32,000 bases of DNA, taken from contig NC_011979.1 of assembly GCF_000022265.1 (NCBI RefSeq), positions 2,190,001 through 2,222,000 on the forward strand, written 5' to 3'. The position numbers were made by a program, and so were the translations under genes. The number at the start of each line of letters is the position of its first letter. Position 1 is the first letter of the stretch. Below, piece by piece: positions 17,701 to 27,396 of this stretch. Under the pieces are notes generated by a model. It was not told the DNA's origin and made no database searches. It worked only from the letters and a program-made list of their open reading frames with translations. This DNA is from Geotalea daltonii FRC-32 (GTDB lineage Bacteria; Desulfobacterota; Desulfuromonadia; Geobacterales; Geobacteraceae).

Positions 17701-19916
17701 GGGCACCGCTCACCGTAACCGCCAACAATGCCGGCAAGACTTACGGCGCTGCCAATCCGGCCCTGACCGTAGCCTACACCGGTTTCGTTGCCGGTGATAC
17801 TGCCGCATCACTTACCAGCCAGGCTACCGCAACCACCGCCGCAACGACAACCAGTGGCGCCGGCACCTACCCGATCACCGCAGCCGGCGCAACAAGCAAC
17901 AACTACAACTTCACCTATGTTGCCGGAACATTGACCGTTGACAAGGCACCGCTTACCGTAACCGCCAACAATGCCGGCAAGACTTACGGCGCTGCCAATC
18001 CCGCCTTTACCGTAGCCTACACCAGTTTCGTTGCCGGTGATACTGCCGCATCACTTACCAGCCAGGCAACCGCAACCACCGCCGCAACGACAACCAGTGG
18101 CGCCGGCACCTACCCGATCACCGCAGCCGGCGCAACAAGCAACAATTACAACTTCACCTATGTTGCCGGAACCCTGACCGTTGACAGGGCACCGCTCACC
18201 GTAACCGCCAGCAACGCCGGCAAGATCTACGGCTCTGCCAATCCGGCCCTGACCGTGGCCTACACCGGTTTTGTTGCCGGGGATACCGCCGCATCACTTA
18301 CCAGCCAGGCAACCGCAACCACCGCCGCAACGACAACCAGTGGCGCCGGCACCTACCCGATCACCGCAGCCGGCGCAACCAGCAACAACTACAACTTCAC
18401 CTATGTTGCCGGTACGCTGACCGTTGACAAGGCACCGCTCACCGTAACCGCCAACAATGCCGGCAAGACTTACGGCGCTGCCAATCCGGCCTTGACCGTA
18501 GCCTACACCGGTTTCGTTGCCGGTGACACCGCAGCATCACTTACCAGCCAGGCAACTGCAACCACCACCGCAACCACGACCAGCGGCGCCGGAACTTACC
18601 CGATCACCGCAGCAGGCGCAACCAGCAACAACTACAACTTCACCTATGTTGCCGGTACGCTGACCGTTGACAAGGCACCGCTCACCGTAACCGCCAGCAA
18701 CGCCGGCAAGACCTACGGCGCTGCCAATCCGGCCCTGACCGTAGCCTACACCGGTTTTGTCGCCGGTGATACTGCCGCATCACTTACCAGCCAGGCACCT
18801 GCAACCACCACCGCAACCATAACCAGCGGCGCCGGCACCTACCCGATCACCGCAGCCGGCGCAACCAGCAACAACTATAACTTCACCTATATTGCCGGAA
18901 CCCTGACCGTTGACAAGGCACCGCTCACCGTAACCGCCAACAATGCCGGCAAGACTTACGGCGCTGCTAATCCGGCCCTGACCGTGGCCTACACCGGTTT
19001 TGTCGCCGGTGATACTGCCGCATCACTCACCAGCCAGGCAACCGCAACCACCGCCGCAACCACGACCAGCGGCGCCGGAACCTACCCGATCACCGCAGCC
19101 GGCGCAGCCGGCAACAACTACAACTTCACCTATGTGGCCGGTACGCTGACCGTTGACAAGGCAATCCTGACCGTGACGGCGGATGACAAGACCCGTGCTG
19201 TGGGTGCACCCGATCCAGAATTCACTGCAAGCTACTCAGGTTTTGTCGCCGGTGATACCTCAGCAGTCCTAAGCGGTTTTCCGATCTTGAATACGACCGC
19301 TACAGAGACGAGCCCTGTCGGTACCTACCCGATTACACCCGTTCAGGGAACACTGGCCGCGGCAAATTACGACTTCACATTCGTCAACGGTACTTTGACA
19401 GTGGAGGCGGCCTCAGTTACGTACCCACTCACGGTATCCATTGCAGGGGCTGGCAGTGTCCACAGCAGCGACGGCTTTATCTCCTGCACCGGCACCACAG
19501 GCTGCAGCTATGATTATGCCAGCGGCACAATCGTTACGCTGACAGCAACAGCTTCCAACTCTACTTTTACCGGATGGAGCGGTGCCTGTACCGGAACCGC
19601 CCCCTGCGTTGTGACAATGAATGCAATTCAGAATGTTACAGCCACATTTGAGTCGGCTCAAAACGTCAGAATTGGCTCAAACTACTACCTATCGATTCAG
19701 TCTGCTTACAATGCGGCCAATGATGGTGCAACCCTGGAAGTAAGGGATCAGAGCTTTATGGAGTTCATGGAAGATATTTTGTTCAACCGTCCTGTTACCG
19801 TCATACTCGATGGCGGTAAGGACGCAGGATGGAATAGTAGCGGCTTCAGTTCTGTCAACGGCTCATTGACTATCAGCGATGGAACAGTGGATGTAAGGGG
19901 TTTGGTAATTCGTTGA
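14757..19916 (+). CDS. giant secreted repeat protein (1719 aa) with 14 MBG-type modules, an Ig-like module, an InlB-B-repeat-like module and a short C-terminal module
   Basis: A strong AAGGGAGGG RBS precedes the start. The N-terminus has a Sec-type hydrophobic segment ending VQA. 81-aa units of the pattern LTVTA..K.YG..NP.L...Y.GFV.GDTA..L....T.......aGtY.I....G..s.NY.F.YV.GTLTV match the MBG-domain pattern. TITF...YGDTDF...SSGLPVSYTSSN.SVATI matches an Ig-like pattern. YPLTV...GSV...C.....C.Y..G..VTLTA......F.GWSG.C.G...C matches the InlB B-repeat pattern. Confidence 0.9.
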   Translation: MGNDLSSKSLPPERGKGRGLLANMSGHAKLSLLGGLLMCLLTLGFLFVMNAPVQAFVTKGASCSAGSCHGATNTAATITTSINGTPGTSITVTAGSTIEVDWFYTSMLTNANRYSGTNPEIAIPANWTIAAGTANTTGLTGWNTAWNATDGATWNTSYSTASEFPNSPQGFSTDYTGTSWDNGSRNAAFDDGTAGDLDGTANRMGSDARITIPSNTPAGTYNIVVLGIGHDAANAKAHVEQVLTITVQTVAKQTPTINTWPTASAITYGQALSSSTLSGGSASVPGTFAWITSSTTPAVGAPAQAVRFTPTDTVGYNTVDGTVPITVNRAALTVTASSLSKTYGSANPALTVAYAGFVLGDTASSLTTQPTATTSATGSSPAGTYATVPSGGASNNYNFTYVNGTLTVNKAPLTVTSSSPNKTYGSVNPALTLSYSGFVLGETASNLTTQPTATTAATVSSPAGTYATVASGGVSNNYSFTYVDGTLTVNQAALTVTANDAGKTYGAANPTLAVSYSGFVLGETASNLTTQPTASTAATASSVVGTYPITANEGVSSNYSFTYVPGTLTVNKTMLTVTADDKSKSQGTANPPLTVSYVGFVLGETASNLATQPTATTTAIASSPVGTYPITPSGGVSSNYDFNYVAGTLTVTDFVKLDQTITFAAPSAKTYGDTDFNPGATASSGLPVSYTSSNTSVATIVGGLIHIVGAGTTTITANQAGDATYNAATPVPQTLTVNTKTLTVTAGSAGKTYGAANPALSVAYSGFVGSDTAASLTTQPTATTAAITTSPAGTYSTTASGGVSNNYSFNYVAGTLTINKAALTVTANASSKTYGSANPLLTVAYTGFVAGDTAASLISQATATTTATTTSAAGTYPITASGATSDNYNFTYVAGTLTVNKATLTVTANNASKLYGASNPVMSVIYAGFVNGDTAASLATQPTASTTVVVASPVGNYPITAAGGASNNYNFTYVAGTLTVDRAPLTVTANNAGKTYGAANPALTVAYTGFVAGDTAASLTSQATATTAATTTSGAGTYPITAAGATSNNYNFTYVAGTLTVDKAPLTVTANNAGKTYGAANPAFTVAYTSFVAGDTAASLTSQATATTAATTTSGAGTYPITAAGATSNNYNFTYVAGTLTVDRAPLTVTASNAGKIYGSANPALTVAYTGFVAGDTAASLTSQATATTAATTTSGAGTYPITAAGATSNNYNFTYVAGTLTVDKAPLTVTANNAGKTYGAANPALTVAYTGFVAGDTAASLTSQATATTTATTTSGAGTYPITAAGATSNNYNFTYVAGTLTVDKAPLTVTASNAGKTYGAANPALTVAYTGFVAGDTAASLTSQAPATTTATITSGAGTYPITAAGATSNNYNFTYIAGTLTVDKAPLTVTANNAGKTYGAANPALTVAYTGFVAGDTAASLTSQATATTAATTTSGAGTYPITAAGAAGNNYNFTYVAGTLTVDKAILTVTADDKTRAVGAPDPEFTASYSGFVAGDTSAVLSGFPILNTTATETSPVGTYPITPVQGTLAAANYDFTFVNGTLTVEAASVTYPLTVSIAGAGSVHSSDGFISCTGTTGCSYDYASGTIVTLTATASNSTFTGWSGACTGTAPCVVTMNAIQNVTATFESAQNVRIGSNYYLSIQSAYNAANDGATLEVRDQSFMEFMEDILFNRPVTVILDGGKDAGWNSSGFSSVNGSLTISDGTVDVRGLVIR
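15738..19403 (+). repeat. in-frame tandem array of 14 MBG-type coding units (243 bp each), in blocks of 4 and 10
   Basis: Block 1 is 15738-16709 (4 units). An Ig-like module occupies 16710-16967. Block 2 is 16968-19403 (10 units). Unit boundaries were read from the translation (N/D-K/R-A-x-LTVTA ... GTLTV). Confidence 0.9.
17697..19154 (+). repeat. six near-identical 243-bp tandem units (the homogenised core of the array)
   Basis: Units start at 17697, 17940, 18183, 18426, 18669 and 18912. In translation they differ from the first unit at only 2-6 of 81 residues. Confidence 0.9.
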
Positions 19917-19953
19917 ATGGCTATTCTAAAGCAGCAAATGGAAGAGGCTCAAT

Positions 19954-20343
19954 ATGAACGGACAAACAGCAAGAAGTGAAACTGAAGGGCGGCGCCAGAT
20001 GGCGCCGCCTAAGCCCATGACAATTTTAGGCAAGGTGGCAAAAGTCGGTTTTTACCGAGATACACTGCCGCTCTTGATAATAAACATCAAGAAGGAAGAT
20101 GCCGGCCCCCTTCCTTACAGGGAAGGCGAAAGAGTTTCCATTCCCTTTGTGGTAAACGGGCTACCTTACATTGCCGGGCTGCGTGCAACAACTCGCTCAA
20201 CCACAGTGATGATCTGTTCTGATCTACTGGATGCGCAACTGAATTCGGTGCGATTGGTGGATGTATTATTCAGCCTTGGATGGACTCACAGGGAACCGGC
20301 TTTGGAACTTACCTTCAGGAGTGGAACGGTATGCTGCCTCTGA
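19954..20343 (+). CDS. hypothetical protein (129 aa, no family recognised)
   Basis: The ORF starts 37 nt after the giant gene, with GGAAGAGG upstream of the ATG. It is followed by a terminator hairpin. It looks more A/T-rich than neighbouring genes. Alternative starts exist (MAPP..., MTIL...). Confidence 0.45.
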   Translation: MNGQTARSETEGRRQMAPPKPMTILGKVAKVGFYRDTLPLLIINIKKEDAGPLPYREGERVSIPFVVNGLPYIAGLRATTRSTTVMICSDLLDAQLNSVRLVDVLFSLGWTHREPALELTFRSGTVCCL

Positions 20344-20397
20344 GTTGATAACGGCAGTGCCGGCTGGTTGAGGTGCATATCCGACAGAAAATCTAAA

Positions 20398-20444
20398 AGG
20401 CAAGAAGCTGTGGCTTAAATGCCCTTGCTTTCTTGCCTTTTTTT
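20398..20444. terminator. bidirectional intrinsic terminator between convergent genes
   Basis: AGGCAAGAAGC / GC(T)TTCTTGCCT forms an 11-bp stem with a one-nt bulge. It is flanked by AAAA upstream and a T7 run downstream. It sits between the stop of the orphan ORF (20343) and the stop of acyP (20465). Confidence 0.6.
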
Positions 20445-20464
20445 CTGACGGCTAATGTGCTGCT

Positions 20465-20740
20465 TCAATAGGAAATACGAAAACTCTCGAATTGCCCGGA
20501 AAATGGCTCTTTCTTTACATTGACTCCGCTTACCTCTGCCCGACTTGGTCCTTCATGGCACCACCCAATCAAGGTCTCCACATCGGTTTCTTCACCCTCG
20601 AAACATCCCTGAACGGACCCGTCAGGGAGGTTTTTCACCCAGCCGCAGACATTCAACCTCTGTGCGGTCTGCTGGGTGCTCTGGCGAAAAGCCACCCCTT
20701 GCACAAGACCGGTTATTGTTACCATGGCACGAATCTTCAC
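20465..20740 (-). CDS. acyP: acylphosphatase
   Basis: 91 aa with VTGLVQGVAFRQ... and GWVKNLPDGSV motifs. The GTG start lies 3 nt after the ligA stop, with GGAGG upstream. Confidence 0.88.
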   Translation of the reverse strand: MKIRAMVTITGLVQGVAFRQSTQQTAQRLNVCGWVKNLPDGSVQGCFEGEETDVETLIGWCHEGPSRAEVSGVNVKKEPFSGQFESFRISY

Positions 20741-20743
20741 TTG

Positions 20744-23209
<2,466 letters not shown>

Positions 23210-23304
23210 CAGTCGAAATCTGTCCTTAAAGTTGTCATGAATTTTGGGATGTGTTACTGTTTTCGTGGTAGCGGCCCTCTATGACTTCTGACGAGGAGAC
23301 AGAT

Positions 23305-23535
23305 ATGAAAATAACAATGGAAGAAATGACGATAGAGCTTTTGGGACTTCCTGTTGCGAAGCGGGCCTTGCTGGCAAAACAATTGATCTCCAGTCTCGAC
23401 AATGCGGAGGGTGAAGACGTCGAGGCGCTGTGGGTGCTGGAGACAGAAGCCCGCTATGCAGAGATTGAAAATGGTACTGTGGAATGCCAACCGGTGTATG
23501 AGGCGTTGAAGGAAGCAAGAGAAGAATTGAAATGA
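23305..23535 (+). CDS. putative addiction-module antitoxin component
   Basis: A small acidic protein (...ELLGLPVAKRALLAKQLISSLDN...DVEALWVLETEARYAEIENG) resembling the putative addiction module component family paired with ParE/RelE toxins. GAGGAG lies 6 nt before ATG 23305. ATG 23281 is an alternative start. Confidence 0.75.
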   Translation: MKITMEEMTIELLGLPVAKRALLAKQLISSLDNAEGEDVEALWVLETEARYAEIENGTVECQPVYEALKEAREELK

Positions 23536-23825
23536 AGCCTGTTGTCATCCACCCTGAAGCGAAAAGGGAGATGATTGCTTCTGCCGTTTTCTACGAGGAA
23601 CGCATTTCCGGACTTGGCAAGCTCTTTCTTGACGAGGTCGAGAAAGGTTTCAAACTGATAGCCGAACGCCCCGAAGCATGGACCAAATTTTCTTCCCCGA
23701 ATCGGCGCTTGATCCTTCCCGCTTTTCCCTTCGGCATTATTTTCCGCAATGAATCAGATCGAATTTACATACTTGCCGTCATGCACTTGCGACGTGAGCC
23801 GGGCTACTGGAGACGTCGCCATTAA
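23532..23825 (+). CDS. type II toxin-antitoxin system RelE/ParE family toxin
   Basis: 97 aa with an ATGA overlap with the antitoxin stop. The sequence pattern (...FPFGIIFRNESDRIYILAVMHLRREPGYW) is typical of ParE/RelE-fold toxins. Confidence 0.85.
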   Translation: MKPVVIHPEAKREMIASAVFYEERISGLGKLFLDEVEKGFKLIAERPEAWTKFSSPNRRLILPAFPFGIIFRNESDRIYILAVMHLRREPGYWRRRH

Positions 23826-23886
23826 TCGGACGCTTGGCACACATATCGCCTCCTTGATTTAAAAATCTGCCTCTGTTATCAATGAC

Positions 23887-23916
23887 CAGCCGGGTACAAT
23901 CTGACCCGGCTGTTTT
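23887..23916 (+). terminator. intrinsic terminator downstream of the TA cassette
   Basis: CAGCCGGGT-ACAATCTG-ACCCGGCTG forms a perfect 9-bp GC-rich stem with an 8-nt loop, followed by TTTTGTGT. Confidence 0.65.
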
Positions 23917-23945
23917 GTGTCTGACGATCCCATGGGAGACGGAAT

Positions 23946-25982
23946 TTGCTCGATTTATTCAACCTCAATCCCCAGCAACTGGCGGCGGTAAAACATACCG
24001 AAGGGGCGCTCCTGGTCCTGGCCGGGGCGGGTTCCGGCAAGACCGGGGTCATCACCTACCGCATTGCCCATCTGCTTCTGGACAAGAAAGTGCCGCCGGC
24101 CAATATCCTGGCGGTGACTTTCACCAACAAGGCGGCCAAGGAGATGCGGGAGCGGGTGGATGGACTGGTGGGGCGGGCCGCCTGCAAGGGGCTCATCATC
24201 TCCACCTTCCATTCCCTGGGGGTGCGCATCCTGCGCCGGGACATAGAGCGGCTCGGTTACAAGAAGAATTTCTCCATCTATTCGACCACCGATCAGATCG
24301 GCCTGATCAAGCAGATCATGCGCGAGGTCAATATCGACGGCAAGAAGTTCGATGGGGATACCATCATCTGGAAGATCTCGGCGGCGAAAAACAAGCTGAT
24401 CACCCCGGACCGCTACGTTCCCCGCTTCGGCGACGAATACGAGCTGCTGGCAGCGGAGGTCTATCCCCGCTACCAGTCGGCACTGAAGGCCTTCAATGCC
24501 ATCGATTTCGACGACATCATCATGCTGACGGCTGACCTGCTGCAGAATCACCCCGAGGTGCTAAAGCACTGGCAGGAACGCTTCCGCTATGTGATGGTCG
24601 ATGAATATCAGGACACCAATGCCTCCCAATATCTGCTGGTACACCTCCTGGCCGGCGGCTACGGTAATCTCTGTGTGGTGGGGGATGACGACCAGAGCAT
24701 CTACGGCTGGCGCGGCGCGGACGTGGGCAACATTCTTGATTTCGAGAAGGATTTCAAGGAGTGCCGGGTCATCAAGCTGGAACAGAACTACCGCTCCACC
24801 GGCAATATCCTGGAGGCAGCAAACCATGTCATCGGCCACAATGAAAAGCGTAAGGAGAAACGGCTCTGGACAGCTTCCGGCAGCGGCCGTCCCCTGGACA
24901 TCATTGTCGTTCAGGATGATGAAGAGGAGGCCACCACGGTGGTCGAAAGGGTCCAGGTGGAGCGGCTGGCCCACAATCTTGCCTACAGCGACTTTGCCAT
25001 CCTTTACCGTACCAATGCCCAAAGCCGTGCCTTCGAGGAACAACTGCGCTTCGAGGACATACCCTATGTGCTCATCGGCGGCATGCAGTTCTTCGAGCGC
25101 AAGGAGGTAAAGGACGCCATTTCCTACCTCAAGGTGATCGGCAACGCCAATGACGAGATAGCTCTGTTGCGCATCGTCAACTTCCCCAAGCGGGGGATCG
25201 GCGACAGCACGGTGGTGAGGATCAACCAGTGGTCCATGGAGCAGGGCTGTCCCCTGTTCGAGGCCTTCGGTAGGGTCGACGAGATCGAGGGGGTCGCAGA
25301 AGCGACAAAGCTGAAAGTGCGGGATTTACACCGGCTGCTGGCCGAGGAGATGACCATTTTCGAGCAAGAGGGTGAACTGGCGGAAAAAGGGAAGCGGCTT
25401 TTCAAACGTCTGGGACTGGAGGACGAGCTGTACCGGACCATAGATGATCCGGTGCTGGCCAGGAGGAAGGCGGAAAACATCGAGCAGATCGTCAACTCCA
25501 TGGCTGCCTATGAGGAGAGGATTCCCATGCCTTCCCTGTCCGGTTTTCTGGAAAAAGTCTCCCTCATGGACGAGGACCGCTTCTCGGGCAAGGACAAGAA
25601 GGAGCACGGCCGAGATGCCGTGACGCTCATGTCGCTCCATTCCAGCAAGGGGCTGGAGTTTCCTTTTGTCTTCCTGGTGGGGATGGAAGAGGAGATCCTT
25701 CCCCACAAGCGGTCCATCTATGAGGATTTTTCCGTAGATGAGGAGCGCCGGCTCTGCTATGTGGGGATCACCCGCGCCAGAAAACATCTGGTGATGACCC
25801 GCTGTCTGCAGCGCAAGAAGTACGGCAAACTGCAGGAACGGGTGCCGAGCCGGTTTCTTGAAGAAATTCCGGCGCATCTGGTCAAAGAGCAGCAAGGCAT
25901 CGCAGCCAAGACCTTGACCGAAGAGGAAACGGATAAAATGGCCGATGATTTCTTTGCCAGGATGAAGGCGATGCTGGAATAA
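23946..25982 (+). CDS. ATP-dependent DNA helicase, UvrD/PcrA/Rep family (SF1)
   Basis: 678 aa with the full SF1 motif set: LNPQQLAAV, AGAGSGKT, TFTNKAAKEM, VDEYQDTN, GDDDQSIYGWRGA, QNYRS, YRTNAQSR, SLHSSKGLEFPFVFL and YVGITRA. The start is TTG 23946, with GGGAGA 6 nt upstream. No in-frame ATG is available because a TGA stop lies at 23922. Confidence 0.93.
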   Translation: MLDLFNLNPQQLAAVKHTEGALLVLAGAGSGKTGVITYRIAHLLLDKKVPPANILAVTFTNKAAKEMRERVDGLVGRAACKGLIISTFHSLGVRILRRDIERLGYKKNFSIYSTTDQIGLIKQIMREVNIDGKKFDGDTIIWKISAAKNKLITPDRYVPRFGDEYELLAAEVYPRYQSALKAFNAIDFDDIIMLTADLLQNHPEVLKHWQERFRYVMVDEYQDTNASQYLLVHLLAGGYGNLCVVGDDDQSIYGWRGADVGNILDFEKDFKECRVIKLEQNYRSTGNILEAANHVIGHNEKRKEKRLWTASGSGRPLDIIVVQDDEEEATTVVERVQVERLAHNLAYSDFAILYRTNAQSRAFEEQLRFEDIPYVLIGGMQFFERKEVKDAISYLKVIGNANDEIALLRIVNFPKRGIGDSTVVRINQWSMEQGCPLFEAFGRVDEIEGVAEATKLKVRDLHRLLAEEMTIFEQEGELAEKGKRLFKRLGLEDELYRTIDDPVLARRKAENIEQIVNSMAAYEERIPMPSLSGFLEKVSLMDEDRFSGKDKKEHGRDAVTLMSLHSSKGLEFPFVFLVGMEEEILPHKRSIYEDFSVDEERRLCYVGITRARKHLVMTRCLQRKKYGKLQERVPSRFLEEIPAHLVKEQQGIAAKTLTEEETDKMADDFFARMKAMLE

Positions 25983-26082
25983 CTGCTGTCAGGGCAACGG
26001 CAGATTTTGCTCCGGCGACTGGCATTTCCATTTTCCCATGTTACCTTTATTACTGTAGGGATTCCTGCGGTGGGGAGGAGCT

Positions 26083-26568
26083 ATGGACCTTTATCAATTT
26101 GCCATGAAGATGGAAGTGGACGGCAAGGCTTTCTATGAAAAAATGGCGGCAGAAACCCCGCACCGGGGCCTGAAGAGTGTCTTCTCCATGCTTGCCGCCG
26201 ACGAGCAGAAACACTATGACACCATTGTCGCCATGCGGGAAGGTGGCGCTGTGACAATGGCCGACACGACGGTTCTGGAAAACACCAGGAACGTTTTCGA
26301 AGGGATTCGCGCTGAAAAGACCTTGGCGGAAGGCCTGAGGAAGGAGCATGACGCCTTCCAGTACGCCATGAAGATCGAGGCGGACAGTGTACGTCTTTAC
26401 GAGGACATGGCAAAAAAGGAAAATGATGCAGCGATTATTGCCCTGCTGCAGAAGATAGCCGATGAGGAGAAGAAGCATTACAACATCGTGGAAAACCTCT
26501 ACGACTACACCCTGCGGCCGGAGTATTTCCTGGAGTGGCGGGAGTTTTCCAATCTGAAGCCGCTTTAG
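26083..26568 (+). CDS. ferritin-like / rubrerythrin-family di-iron protein (no rubredoxin domain)
   Basis: 161 aa with two E...EQKHY / EEKKHY half-motifs, typical of ferritin-like four-helix-bundle di-iron sites. A GGGGAGGAG RBS is present. Confidence 0.8.
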   Translation: MDLYQFAMKMEVDGKAFYEKMAAETPHRGLKSVFSMLAADEQKHYDTIVAMREGGAVTMADTTVLENTRNVFEGIRAEKTLAEGLRKEHDAFQYAMKIEADSVRLYEDMAKKENDAAIIALLQKIADEEKKHYNIVENLYDYTLRPEYFLEWREFSNLKPL

Positions 26569-26582
26569 AACAACCTGCTCGT

Positions 26583-27248
26583 TCACTTGCCGATGGTCTT
26601 CTGCCCCGGCTTCCAGCCAAGGGGGCAAAGGGCGCCGGACTGCAGGGCTTCCAGCACCCGCAGAGTCTCCTCGACGCTTCTGCCCACATCCATGTTGTGC
26701 ACCACCTGGTACTGCAGGATTCCTTTGGGGTCGATGACGAACAACCCCCGCTGGGCGACCCCTTCCGCTTCATCAAGAATCCCGTACTGTTCTGCGGCTT
26801 CCTTTTTCAGATCGGAAAGGAGAGGATAGTTCAGCTTGCCCAGGTCGCCCCGCTTGATCCAGGCCAGATGGGCGTATTTGCTGTCCACCGAAACGCCCAG
26901 CACTTCCGCTCCCAGTTTTTTGAACTGGGGAAGGGCTTCATTGAAACCCTTGATCTCGGTGGGGCAGACAAAGGTGAAATCCATGGGATAGAAAAAGAGC
27001 ACCAGCCATTTTCCGCTGTAATCCGACAGGCTGATGGTGGAGAATTCTTTCCCCGGTTCAGTTCCGACAACCCCGTCAAGGGTGAATTCCGGCGCCGGTT
27101 GTCCCACCTTGGCCTGCTTTGCCTTCATCATATCCTGCATGCTGTGCATCATCATCCTGGCCGGCATGTCTGCAGCTGCCTGTACCGGTGTTGTGGCGAA
27201 AAATAAACACACCACGCCTGCCATGACGACCATGTATCTCAAGTTCAT
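26583..27248 (-). CDS. typical 2-Cys peroxiredoxin (AhpC/TSA family) with an N-terminal Sec signal peptide
   Basis: The peroxidatic Cys lies in FFYPMDFTFVCPTE and the resolving Cys in GALCPLGWKPG. The start is taken at ATG 27248 (AAGGAG RBS). It gives MNLRYMVVMAGVVCLFFATTPVQA|AAD, followed by a Met/His-rich linker. The 82-aa upstream extension in the track is unsupported. Confidence 0.9.
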   Translation of the reverse strand: MNLRYMVVMAGVVCLFFATTPVQAAADMPARMMMHSMQDMMKAKQAKVGQPAPEFTLDGVVGTEPGKEFSTISLSDYSGKWLVLFFYPMDFTFVCPTEIKGFNEALPQFKKLGAEVLGVSVDSKYAHLAWIKRGDLGKLNYPLLSDLKKEAAEQYGILDEAEGVAQRGLFVIDPKGILQYQVVHNMDVGRSVEETLRVLEALQSGALCPLGWKPGQKTIGK

Positions 27249-27283
27249 CTGTGGCTCCTTGTGCCTGGATTTGTCATCTGTTG

Positions 27284-27311
27284 ATTGTATCCAAGCAGGA
27301 TGGCTTTGCAA
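27284..27311 (-). promoter_or_regulatory. candidate sigma-70 promoter for the peroxiredoxin gene
   Basis: The minus strand reads TTGCAA-16 nt-TACAAT (5/6 and 5/6). The -10 element ends about 35 nt upstream of ATG 27248. Confidence 0.55.
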
Positions 27312-27396
27312 GGCTTTGCACCGGCGAAAAACAGTTCTCCTTTGCCGGCTTTTGTGGTAGAAGGAGAACATTCTTATGTGAAAAGGAGAATTGGTG

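Noticed and set aside
15738-19403. The regular 243-bp repeats as a CRISPR array, or as variable repeats of a diversity-generating retroelement
   Set aside because: The repeats are contiguous, in frame and translate to a known protein-domain pattern with no spacers. No reverse transcriptase or template repeat is in the window. The differences between units are not obviously restricted to adenine-templated positions.
27301-27320. Tandem GGCTTTGCA-A-GGCTTTGCA as a sigma-54 promoter in the prx/PPIase spacer
   Set aside because: The GG to GC spacing is one nt short of the sigma-54 consensus, and the -12 region is not TTGC. The TTGCAA within it is better explained as the -35 of the peroxiredoxin sigma-70 promoter.
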